This document shows, one piece after another, positions 26,877 to 39,190 of a stretch of DNA of 64,000 nucleotides. A model generated the notes under the pieces. It was given only the letters and a program-made list of their open reading frames with translations. It was not told the DNA's origin and searched no databases. The first letter of the stretch is position 1; each line of letters opens with the position of its first letter. The stretch lies in the NCBI RefSeq assembly GCF_006345805.1, contig NC_043009.1, forward strand, positions 3,658,001 to 3,722,000, given 5' to 3'. This DNA comes from Octopus sinensis (lineage: Eukaryota). Both the position numbers and the translations under genes were made by a program.

Positions 26877-28155
26877 AGTTGAATATGATTTGGGTAAAAA
26901 CCTTGCAAAATGCTCTGCAAAGCTCGTTCACTAATATTGGCTACCTGATGTCATCATACGGTAGAAATGCTCGTTCTACTCGATATATAATTTCATAGTA
27001 CTCGTAGGGTTTATTAAAAAAAATTAAATGATAGAAAATTGAGTTAACGACACTCTCTGTCTAGCACTCATTACATCTGTGGTTCAGAATTTTTTCAGTA
27101 GGGAAATAGTTATAGTTACCTGTTTGAAAGAGTGCATATCGAGGAAACCTCATTGTAGACGACACGATTTTTCACAATTCATCCACAGCTAATATCTCAG
27201 GTTTCATTGTTTCTAAACATCTCTCCTGACCTGACGAAATAATATGTTTAATATAGTTAGGACTGCATTCACTAGACTTGCTCATACCTTCGAGGCCTTG
27301 GCGGAACTCTACGGTGTTAAATAATGTATATCAAGCAACAGAGCATTGTTCACACATAGACACACACACCCTGCACGCATATTTACAAATGCACGTGTGC
27401 ATGCAGGAACACACACACACACACATACAGACGCATACCTTAGACCACACCCAGAGAGAGGCAGGCCACTCGACTGATTAACATTTGGATACTAAAATGT
27501 TCCCGTTTCTTTCCCCCAGACTTACTATCGTCTCTTGTCCCTTATATCACTTCTGCAAAGGATTCTGATCATCAGAACTGTCCAGCCTTTTTCCTCAGGC
27601 AATCAGGTACCCCCGAATCACTGATTTTTTTCTCTTTCTACATCCCTCTTGCTCCCCCATGCGATCGCCTTAGCTCCCCAGACTCTACAGTAACCACTGT
27701 CCCCAGTTCATCTTTCTTAGAGTGTCGACACAAAAATATCATCTTCCTTGCTCTTTACTTAAACTATTCTGTTGTGTAACATTTAATCGAGAATTTTTCT
27801 TTTTAACTTCGTGTAATACAGACTCATAATGTAATTAATTAAAAGATACACGTGACGCCGGTCAACCACCTTGCAAAGATGTCGTCTTGAATTTCGTCTG
27901 AATGCTGTTATTTTTGGCATTGAAGTAATGGACAGGACGTGAAAAGAGACTACTGGTGTAAATGGCATCAACCGACTGAATTCAATTATTATGCAGAACT
28001 AATATTGACTATTCTTGCTCTCGCTCGTCTTAGTAATACACCTTCATACGCACACATACAGACATACACACACACGTATATATAGAGAGATATACGCAAA
28101 AATATATACATACGCATTCATACACACGCGTACATTTATATATAAATACATGGAA

Positions 28156-28199
<44 letters not shown>

Positions 28200-28467
28200 G
28201 TATCCTTTATCTTTTACCTTTATCATTGATTTGTCTGCGGCCATCGACCCCAGGATATTGTTAAAGGCTATTTTGTCAGTTTGTTTTGCAAAACAGCTAA
28301 GTTTCAGAGACGTCAACAGACGTCACAGGAACAGGAACGGGAAGAATGCTACTGCTATGTAGCCCCAGGAAGCATCGTTTCCAGTTCGCTATGTGACACA
28401 AGAGTGCTGTGTCCTTACGTTTTCTAACATGGGAGGTAAGCACCTCCACCCAGCAAAGCCAGCACCT

Positions 28468-28504
28468 AGAGACTAGTTTCAGAGTTATTGCTCTTCATCA
28501 GTCT
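28468..28504 (-). ncRNA. Candidate minimal type I hammerhead ribozyme
   Basis: Minus strand AGA-CTGATGA-AGAG CAATAA CTCT-GAAA-CTAG-TC^TCT: intact core, 4-bp helix II, palindromic helix III (ACTAGT), GUC cleavage triplet. Confidence 0.6.
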
Positions 28505-29036
28505 CCAGTAGCTTGGCTTGCTAGCTTGATTCTTTAGTAAAGGCACAATGTTTAATTACAGACATACAAAGACATGCGGGAACATAAAATATATGAATAA
28601 TAAATGTGAAATGAATATATTCACAATGCAAATGAGCCGGCCATCTCGCTCCCGCTGCAAGATAAAACTGTGTATTCCTTTACCATTAACTTTTACACAA
28701 CATCTAGCCTCGCTCCGAGGTGAAACCGCGGCTTCCTTTTTTGCTTTTGCCTTACAATTAAATTCCTTTTAAACAAATGTTTATACAGGATTTACTTATT
28801 TCTTTTCCTTTTCCTAAATTGTATATATGTGTGTGTATGTGTGTGTCTGTGCGTATGAGTATATGTATGTATGTAAATATATGTACATACATACATATAT
28901 ATATTTATGCATATATACATAGATACATTCATACACATACACACATATGTTGGCGTACAAAGAAGTAAGTGAACTAGAAGAGTGACGAAGAGGGTGTGAG
29001 AGCGTTGGGTGGAGAGCGAGATATAGAGGAAGAGAG

Positions 29037-29106
<70 letters not shown>

Positions 29107-29206
29107 TATATTGTATATTATATTATATTATATTTATACTATAAAATTGGATTTAATCCTAAATCTAATTTTTCCCTGTAAGTTTGGATTTACTCCCTAA
29201 TATTAT

Positions 29207-29271
<65 letters not shown>

Positions 29272-30632
29272 CTCCCAGTGATTGGTTGTAAGTCGATTAC
29301 ATCATAGTCAGCTTATAGATCTACATAGGTTTGTCTCTTATATGTTTACATTCTGAGGTAAATGTCACACACACCATTCTGTATTATACTACTATACTTG
29401 CGTTAGTCAAAATTTTAGGAGTCTCAAGCAGTCGTCTTATAAACAATTACGAGTTCGCTTCGATGTCTTCGCGACATGATATTCATCCAACTGTTGGGAT
29501 AACCACAGTGGCTATCAATACCGAAACCTAGAGGAAGCGTTTGTTAGCTAACATCAATCGTAGACGGGTTAATACCTAAGAAATTAAACCCATCAGATTT
29601 CAGCTGGACTATTTATTGACGCCAGGAGCTGACGTGCCAATTGTCGTAAAGACAATCCGTCGTAAGTCGACGCCGACCTGTGTACATATATATATGCATA
29701 TGTATATATATATAATAACTTAGAATAACTTAGAAAGGTTTCGGCCAGTATTGGCCCAAGCCATGTCTAACTTAATACCACTACCTGGCTATATATATAT
29801 ATATTATAATGCGTGTGTGCGTATGTGTCGAAGTATGAGAGAGCGGGTGACAGAGAATATGTATGTATCTCAATTTCCCTAGTAGTTTGCGTGAGCGCAC
29901 GCGTGTGTATATAGTCCTAATTATACCCGGATTTTTATTTTTATGTATGTCTATAAACATTTCTCCGTAGCAGTATTGCTTCCTACTTCAAAGCGCTGTC
30001 TACACACACGAGAACACAAACCAAACCACTGCGCAACATATTCTCCAGCTTAACAAAATATACAATATAGACAATTTCCCTTTATGACATTCTCTATACT
30101 GTCCCTTTCTTGTACTAATTCTCTCATCCTTTCTACCACTCTCTCTCTTTATATCTCTCTATATGTCTCTTCCTCTCATTCATCTCCTCCCTCTATATCT
30201 TACTCTTTACAAAACGCTCTCACACATCAACACATGCTGTATTTTTACCGCCTCCTACCCATCGTTACTTTCTCATTGCTCTCACACCCTTTCCGTCACT
30301 CTTGCCCTATTTCACTCATCTCTTTCCACGAAGGCATTTTTGCAATTCGTCATGTCAGGGGTTATTTAGTACATTCATATATTTTAGTTTGAATGCACCG
30401 AAAAACGTCTCGCCGTAGAATTTATTTATATGCGAGTATGCATTTTTGTTCCTAGATATATACGTATATATACATATATATATTTATGTGTGTGTGTGTA
30501 TCTGCATGCGTGTGTGTGTGTGTACGTGTGCGTGTGTCTGCACACACACATATGCGTGTATATATATATATATATATATAATATATATATATATATATAC
30601 ATACATACATACATACATATATACAGACATAT

Positions 30633-30666
<34 letters not shown>

Positions 30667-30766
30667 ATATATAATATATATATATAACACATATATGTAT
30701 GTATATTTGTGTTTGTGCGTACATGGGTATATTTTGTGCGTGTACACGTGCGTATATATACATACA

Positions 30767-31183
30767 TACTCTTTACTCTGTTACTCTTTTACTTGCTTCA
30801 GTCATTTGACTGCGGCCATGCCGGAAAACCGCCTTTAGTCGAGCAACTCGAGCCCGGGACTTATTCTTTTGTAAGCCCAGTACTTATTCTATCGGTCTCT
30901 TTTGCCGAACCGCTAAATAACGGGGACATAAACACACCAGCATCGGTTGTCAAGCAATGCTAGGGGGACAAACACACTCACACAAACACACACACGCATG
31001 TATATATATACATATATACGACGGGCTTCTTTCAGTTTCCGTCTACCAAATCCACTCACAATACTTTGGTCGGCCCGAGGCTATAGTAGAAGTCAGTTGT
31101 CCAAGCTGCCACGCAGTGGGACTGAACCCGGAACCATATGGTTGGTAAACAAGCTACTTAACACACAGCCACTCCTGCGCCTA
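30767..31183 (-). mobile_element. tRNA-derived CORE-like SINE
   Basis: Family head and tail on the minus strand. Confidence 0.9.
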
Positions 31184-31186
31184 TAC

Positions 31187-31264
<78 letters not shown>

Positions 31265-31330
31265 TATACATATATATACATACATATATCAAATACATGT
31301 ATGCATATATGTATATATATATATATATAA

Positions 31331-31420
31331 TATATATAATATATATATATAACGGGAAGCTTTATGAAAATAAACAAAAGACGAAGGCAGGTGGAAAACA
31401 AACGAACAATTGTAATATAT
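31331..31420 (-). mobile_element. Fragment of the Penelope-like repeat seen at 46151 and 55562
   Basis: AACGGGAAGCTTTATGAAAATAAACAAAAGACGAAGGCAGGTGG nearly identical to 46152-46196. Confidence 0.65.
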
Positions 31421-31984
31421 GTAACTGTATATGTGTCCGTTTGTCAGTTTGCCGCCTACTTACTCTTACGTTTGTGGTAAGCCAGCCTTGTAAATTTTGA
31501 ACATCTCTTTACCCGTGTGAAATCAACATTATCGAAAATAGTAGGCAAATTCTCTCTACCAATTTTTCTTGATCAGCCCACCATAATTTTGAGTGGTAAG
31601 TAGATTATTTCACAAGAGAAGTTAAGTTAAATTCTGCCGTCGTGGTCGTCGTCGTTGCATATTTTGTACTTGTCCTTCACGTTGTTGTTGCTGTTGTTGC
31701 TTTTCCTGTTTTTGACTTTGATGTTATATCAATTGGCGATATAACTGATTTTGTTTTCTTTCGGATGTAGTTGCACTTATCACGGCGGCTCTCGGCGTTT
31801 GTGTTGTTGCGGCTGTTACTGTACTAGCTTTTGTTGTTATTATTATTGTTGTGTCAACAGTTGCTTGTGTTGTTGTTGTTGTAGTTGTTGTTATTTAACC
31901 GAAGGTCAACTCTTTGTGAACAGACCAATGATCAAACGTATTTCAGCTTTCTGTCAGGCAGCTCTTTGCCAGGACGACATTATT

Positions 31985-32140
31985 CAAATACGTCAACATG
32001 GCGAGTTGGCTGAAACGTTGGAGCGTCGGACGAAATACCTCGTGTTATTTGTCCCTATACTTTATTTTCTGAGTTCAAATACCACTGTGGAAAATGTTGT
32101 CATTTGTTTCTCCAGGGCCGATAAAATAAAGTAACAATGT
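31985..32140 (+). mobile_element. Diverged Nin-like SINE
   Basis: GGCGAGTTGGCTGAAACGTT...CTGAGTTCAAATACC...GATAAAATAAAGTA; similar remnant at about 52700-52860. Confidence 0.55.
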
Positions 32141-32237
32141 AGTTGAGGTGTACGTAATCAACCCACCCCACCTCTCCTTACCGTTTTGTCTAAATAAGGA
32201 TGCAATTAGGATAAAGGTTCTCTGTGAGTCAGATAGT

Positions 32238-32460
32238 CTCATTGGGCAGGTTTTCCGGTTTCCGTGGCGTATAAATCCCCCCACACACACACGTGGACGT
32301 GAAGCCGGTCCGTCGCAGAATTACACCATTCTATCAACCGATTCCAATGGAACAACGTGAAATGAAGTGTTTTGCTCAAGTACACAGCTCGTCCCCCCGA
32401 TCGAGGAACCGAAATCCCCATCTTACGATCATGAGCCCAACACCCTAACCGCTAAGCCAC
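32238..32460 (-). mobile_element. tRNA-derived SINE (diverged)
   Basis: Minus strand GTGGCTTAGCGGTTAGGG head, CTTGAGCAAAACACTT block, GAAACCGGAAAACC 3' part. Confidence 0.65.
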
Positions 32461-32646
32461 CTGTGTGCAATGTGTCTGAATAAGAAACTATTATTATATT
32501 ACGGTTCTTTGCACCCCCAGCTCAAATCCCAACTTGTTCATTTTTGCTCTTCGTGTTTTCGAGGTCACCCAAATAAAATATCAGTCCGCTAATGGACTTG
32601 ATTCTCTCTCTTTCTTTTCTCTTTCTCTCTCTCTTTTTCTCTCTCT

Positions 32647-32677
<31 letters not shown>

Positions 32678-33924
32678 CCTCGCTCTCTCTTTCCCTCTTT
32701 CTGTTTCTATTAGTCATTTATTGACACAAGAATTTCAAATTACCAATCTGCTCGCTCTGCGTCACTGATGCGACCTGGAAATTAAGTAAATGTGACACAC
32801 GGCTGAGGAATACTCTGCCTCATGCACATTACCTTCACGTGTATACAGTGAATTAGTCACACCAATAAATGCTTCTCTTGGTATCCAATGAAGCCGCCAC
32901 AGATGAATGTTAACAGTCTGCAAAGATGCCAATGGTGAGCAATTTAAGCGAAAATTATTTCCTCCTTATATAATGTTCTGTGACTATGTACACTTTCCTC
33001 TCATAGGTTTGCTATTATCTGGCGCCGCATTTTTTCCTTGTTGCCTTTGTTGTTAATTAACACAAGGTCACTGCTGCTGCTGTTGCTTAAGTTGTTGTTG
33101 TTGCTGCTGTTACTGCCATTGGGGCTACTACTGTTGTTCTTGTTGTTGTTGGTTAAACGTTGCTCGATCGAGTAGAAACGAGATAATAAATGTTAAGAAA
33201 CTTTTGATCTGAAACAATATCATGAAATATGTTCTTCCGTATTTTTAAGACCGTATATTTATATACGAAATAGTTTTGTTGCTATTTCCAGGAGGTCGAG
33301 AATGAAAGAGCACAACAGAGATGCTTCCTTGTATGCTGTTGTTGCTGCTCCTGTGATTGCCGCAAGCTTTTTTTTTATTGTTAATCTTTTGGTCTTCCTT
33401 CCATAGGTGAAGATATTACTCCATAATGTAAATGTCTGCGTCTTTCTTGTTTAACCCCGGGTTAAGGGTGAGCGACAAGGCCCTGATCAAAGTCATGGTA
33501 GCTGTAGTCGTCACTTATTTTTTTCTCTTTTCAGATACACTTTGTTCAATATGAAAATATCTACGCAGTCCTTTTAAAATACTTTAGAGTTGTGATTTTT
33601 TACGCAGGTTTTTGACGGTTATTTCTTGTAAATCATGCAACCAGGGCTAGGGTTCCGCTTAAACAAGGGCTCAATAGTTGTGACATGCGTCTAATCACAA
33701 GAAGAAAAAGGAGAAAAATGACGAAGAAAAGGAAGAAGAAGTACAACAACAGAGGCTAAAAGAAGGACTTTGAAGAGAAAGAAGATGGACAACTGTAAAC
33801 ACCACTAGTGGTAGCATCAAGAGCAACAGCAGACGTGCTAAACAAAACACTACAAGGCAACCGTCACCGTCAATATCAGCATAACCGCTAATATTAATTA
33901 GGCCAACGAGACAACAAATCACAG

Positions 33925-33967
<43 letters not shown>

Positions 33968-34042
33968 CACCGTCGTCGGCGTCGTCGTACTACTTGTCAT
34001 GATCATCATCATCACGTTGATCATCTGCAACAGCAGCAAGTG

Positions 34043-34416
34043 GAGGCGTAATGGCCCAATGGTTAGGGCAGCGGACTCGCGGTCGGAGGATCGCGGTTTC
34101 GATTCCTAGACTGGACGCTGTGTGTGTTTATTGAACGAAAACACCTAAAGCTCCACGAGCTCCGGCAGGGGGGGGGGCGACCCCTATTGTACTCTTTCGC
34201 TCCAACTTTCTCTCACTCTTTCTTCCTGTTTCTTGTCCCCGACTTCCTATGCAACCGCTGAGCCTGGATGCGCATTCATCCATCCGTCGATGCTCTCGGT
34301 GTCGAGGGTTGACCTGTTTTCTCTTCTGCGGGTCTTACGAATAGCAAAGGACCACGTTTCGGACTTCTCTCACGCTCAGACGAAGACCGCTTCGCTCAAC
34401 AAACAAACAAACAAAC
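34043..34416 (+). mobile_element. SINE with the 11791-type head but an unrelated 3' body and (AAAC)n tail
   Basis: 34043-34235 aligns with 11791-11989; 34236-34397 does not align with 11990-12090. Confidence 0.7.
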
Positions 34417-34577
34417 AAAAGCAACAGCAGCAACCTATCATTACCGCTTCCGCCATTTTCTATAGTATGGGGTCGACCTGTGTATTATGATCGAAATTGC
34501 TGAGGACTGACGAATGGGTTGCACTGAATGACGCTGAATCTTTTTCAGAATTATATTCAGGATATACGTCTCTGAGT

Positions 34578-34898
34578 GAAGGCACGTGGCCCAGTGATTA
34601 GGTTACTTCGCTGACGATCGTAAGGGCGTGAGTTCAATTCCCGGCGACGCGTTTTGTCCTTGAGCAAGACACTTTATCTTACATTATTCTAATATACTCA
34701 GATAGCAAAAATGAGTTGTACCTGTAATTCCAAGGGCCGGCCTTGTCACACTCTGTTTCACGCTGAATCTCCCTGAGAACTATATTACGAGTACATGTAC
34801 CTATCTAGCGCTCAACCACTTACACGTTAAGTTCACGCGCAGGCTTTTCTGTTGATCAGATCAACTGGAAACCTCGTAGCCGTAACCGACGGTGTCCG
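34578..34898 (+). mobile_element. tRNA-derived SINE
   Basis: A box TGGCCCAGTGA, B box GAGTTCAATTCCC, TGTCCTTGAGCAAGACACTT block. Confidence 0.7.
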
Positions 34899-36497
34899 AG
34901 AGTGTCAGCTGAACGCTCAACTACTTACATCTTAATCAAATAATCGCGTAATTCAATGAATGCGGACAACTGAATTGTTACTATTCAACAACTGAGATCC
35001 ACATATCCTGAAGGTGTTTCGAGAAATCTTTTTCTAGTCATTCCCAACACACACTTCTCACTAAGATATTGTCTCTTCTCATTCACCATATCTGGTTATC
35101 TCAATTTCCAGATCTTTATATTTCGCTAGATTAGGCAATTCGTTATTTCGTCTGTTAAAATTGATACATCAATTAGGAGACACTTCTTTCTCTAGTGGTC
35201 TTTGACAGCACAATACAGTTGACTGCTTTTAATCTTTCTGTCTATTTGAATTAGCATGTCCTCATATATAGTAGTTTTGTCATATTTTTGGACCGTCTTC
35301 GTTGTAATCATCGATCATCTATATATATTTATATGAGTATTTAATAATGCCGGTATTATCATCAGAATATAAAAGAATCAGCTACATCATATTTCTGTTT
35401 CTATACTCATTTTTCACAGAGCCTGAGCAGTCAAAATCAATGTGATTAATTATTTCATTACATTTGCAACGCATAATCTGTTGGTAGTTTCTATATTCTG
35501 TCTCATTAAAAACATTTTGTTAATTTCTGTTCCATAATTAACACTATTTTTAATTTATTAATATGCACATCTATTCATAACACTTCCCTGCAAACTTACA
35601 AACTGATAATACTTTCTCAGGGTGGAATTTGGTCCCAGATAACGTCTTATCACAATAGACGATGTCCACAGATACAAAACTTGCGCCAAATGGTGTTAGT
35701 AGATTATTACTGACAGCTGTTTCTACGCGATTGAGCTTTCGTCTGTGAAGACAAGAATTCTCCATTTTACAGAAAGGTGGGAACAACTGTTTCTGCCTCC
35801 AAAGATAAGCAAGCAATTTTTTGGCTGATACATGTGAAGACTTGCCAACCGGATTATTCAGTCAACTGTCCATCCATTCTTAAGATGAGCTTGCACAGGC
35901 AAACGTAAATCACAGTTTATGATGCTGGAGTGAAATGTGCAAGAGATAAAGAGAGGTGGTGGTGGTGGTGGTGTGTAATGCTTCTTAGCAGCTATATACA
36001 TATACAGACGGTGTAAGTTTACAATATATCATTTACATTTTGAATAGTTATATACAGTGACTCTTGCAAGCGATGATAGCACCTGTAGACTCACTCACAG
36101 ACTCATATAGCCGATGTCACAAATCGCAAAGGGGCGTATTAAAAATGATTAATATACACTGATATTCTATATATCGTTGAAGGGAGACTGGGTCGCAATT
36201 GCGTTACTGGACACACGTCACTGAGAAAACATTCGTAAGGAAAAATCACGAGATCTAGCAGTTCCGACTCCGGTGGTGGGTATCCTCGTCTATTAAAGAT
36301 ACCATTACCTGTGCTGTATACACAAGTCCTTATGAGACATCCACTCAAGGTAAAAACTGTGCTCCAATACAACCTCCATCTTAAGCTAGCTATCAAGATT
36401 TCTCTTTATTATTAATACTGTTTCTGTCGCAATTAAGTGTGTGTGTGTGTGTTTGTCTGTGTGTTTTCAGATATATATTTAAATGCAGGAACACACG

Positions 36498-36563
<66 letters not shown>

Positions 36564-36753
36564 ATATATATGTATGTATGTATGTATATATATATGTATG
36601 TATGTATGTAGGTATGTATGTATGTATATAAAGACTATATATATCAAGAGTATTTACGTATGTATATATACATCCACCAGTGCAGTTTTGAACACTCACT
36701 CTCAGTGTTCGATATTAGTGTATCTATCTATCTAGTTATCTATCTATCTATCT

Positions 36754-37291
36754 GGGCCGGGACCTATGGACAACTTCCAGAGATCCCTGGACAAGCGCTA
36801 CCCGTTCGGGATAAGATCTATAGGCATGGCTCGAGAAACACGGGGCCGACCTGCCCGAGATGCGGGCAGAGCGACGAAACCGTTCTGCACGCAATCGTGC
36901 AGTGTCCAACAATCTCCGACCTGTGGGCTTATGTCGAACGACTGCTGTCACGTGTGGGACGTGTCGGTTTATCAGCCGAGTCTATCGTTGATATCCTTCA
37001 AACGGGAAGGAAGATCTATTTTTATCATCCTTGTGGCTATGGCGAAAGAATGTATCTGGTGGACGCGCCTGAAAGGATTAGAGACAAACACTTTCCTCTC
37101 TGGTCAATCTCTCATCAACTTCTTCAAGTATCACTTGAGAGGAAAGTGAGAGTAAAGAGGCAAGTTTTGTCTAGTGAATGTTTTAAAAAAAAGATGGGTG
37201 AATGTAGCAAGGATGGCACGTATGAATGACGAAGCCACCTTGACTATGATTCTATGAACCGTAAAAATTAATACAGAGAGTTGCTTATTTG
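36754..37291 (+). mobile_element. Tx1-clade LINE copy 2, 5'-truncated and 3'-UTR-truncated
   Basis: GPGPMDNFQRSL...CPRCGQSDETVLHAIVQC...TLTMIL* with small deletions; preceded by (TATC)n at 36721-36753. Confidence 0.9.
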
Positions 37292-37313
37292 TAAACAACA
37301 ACAACATCGAAAA

Positions 37314-37733
37314 ACACCTACGGAATGAGAAATTTCCCCAAGACACCTGATGAAGGCTGGAGGGTATACAGCCGAAACGTTGTGTTAACAACGAACAAGA
37401 TGAGGACAAATATTCGTCAAATGTAAATAATGTAAATAATGTATAGCCACAGTACACCTACGGAATGAGAAATTTCCCCAAGACACCTGATGAAGGCTGG
37501 AGGGTATACAGCCGAAACGTTGTGTTAACAACGAACAAGATGAGGACAAATATTCGTCAAATGTAAATAATGTAAATAATGTATAGCCACAGTACACCTA
37601 CGGAATGAGAAATTTCCCCAAGACACCTGATGAAGGCTGGAGGGTATACAGCCGAAACGTTGTATTAACAACGAACAAGATGAGGACAAATATTCGTCAA
37701 ATGTAAATAATGTAAATAATGTATAGCCACAGT
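37314..37733 (+). repeat. 3 x 140-bp tandem array (Penelope pLTR/retrozyme-like), one hammerhead motif per monomer
   Basis: Monomers start at 37314, 37454 and 37594; only one substitution seen (G>A at 37664). Confidence 0.95.
37342..37386 (+). ncRNA. Candidate minimal type I hammerhead ribozyme (repeated at 37482-37526 and 37622-37666)
   Basis: GACAC-CTGATGA-A-GGCTG GAGGGTATA CAGCC-GAAA-CG-TT^GTGTT: helix I GACAC/GTGTT, helix II GGCTG/CAGCC, palindromic helix III ACGT. Confidence 0.7.
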
Positions 37734-38889
37734 CTATCAAGACTAACGAGCAAACGTGAAAGAGAGTATAACAACAAAAGCGTTTCTGGACATGCGGAGA
37801 TTCATTGAATAAATTTTGACTTAGTGAAGGAAAATCGAAATTGGTTTCTGGATTTAATGGGGAATATGGATCGGATAGATTTGTCTTGTTATTTACAACT
37901 AAATATAGAAACATACCATCTAAGATATTTTTTATGAGGAGGGATATATTTAGGCGAGGGAACAACCCTGCCAGAGCCTACTTTCAACGTTATTGGAAAT
38001 ATCTACGATAGTGGAGGTGATGGTGTTGATGGTGTTTTGTATTTTGTTGCTATTCGTGGAGAAATTTCGTTTTATTCTTGCTTTGTCAACATATTTGCCA
38101 ATGTACACGTATCTATATATCGCCATTTATACATCAATGAATGTGTATTTGTGAGCTTATATCTTTGGGCATGCGTGTTTGTGTGTCCTTGTGTGTGCGA
38201 GTATTTCTGAGATAGATTTATCTAGAGGTGTGGCGAAATCTATAGAAGCAGAATGCAGATCACACATGAGAGGAGAAATTCGCGCCTTCCCTCAACGAAA
38301 ATAAACATAACCTATGTTCTTAAAAACCTTCCTCTTGAAGTCGAAGTGCTTCGTTCCTGATATTGTTGTAACCTGAAAAAGCCATTATGGCAAATGAAGA
38401 ACGAAAGTCAAGAAGCACAGAATAACGAAATAAGGGAAGTAAGAATAACAACAACGTGGAAGAAGGGAAAAAAACAGAGACCTCCTCACAAAAAAAGAGA
38501 TAAATGGGAGAGAGAGAGACGCTGAATATATATCCAGAATAAATAAATAGGTATATAAATAAATTATATCGCTCAGGAAGCTGAACGAGAGGAAAAAAAT
38601 AAAAGGACAATGAAATATAGCTAGTTAGAAACGGAGAAGAACAAAAAGGAAGATGTACAGACGAAGAAGAGAGGAAAAAACGGTAAAAAGGAGTGAGGCG
38701 TAAAAGGCTGGGGAAGTATAATACGAAAATAAAACGGGAGAAGGAGAGGAAGGCCAAAGAATAGCGCCAGGAAGAAAAAATGGTCTAGATTAATGAATGA
38801 AAATTTGGTGTAATAATAAATGAGTTATATATTAGATATAAATATATGTGTGTGCTCCTGTGTTTGTGTGTTCGCGTGCGTTTGCTAGT

Positions 38890-38891
38890 TT

Positions 38892-38939
<48 letters not shown>

Positions 38940-38949
38940 TAGTAGATAG

Positions 38950-39017
<68 letters not shown>

Positions 39018-39041
39018 TTAGTTAGATAGATAGATAGATAT

Positions 39042-39092
<51 letters not shown>

Positions 39093-39109
39093 GATAGATA
39101 GAAAGAGAA

Positions 39110-39145
<36 letters not shown>

Positions 39146-39190
39146 TTAGTTAGATAGATAGAAAGAAAGAGAGAGAGAGGTAGATAGATA
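38890..39190. repeat. (GATA)n array at the 3' end of Tx1 copy 3
   Basis: Directly visible. Confidence 0.95.

Noticed and set aside
37314-37733. CRISPR-like array
   Set aside because: Units are identical end to end with no unique spacers, no cas genes are present, and the context is eukaryotic.
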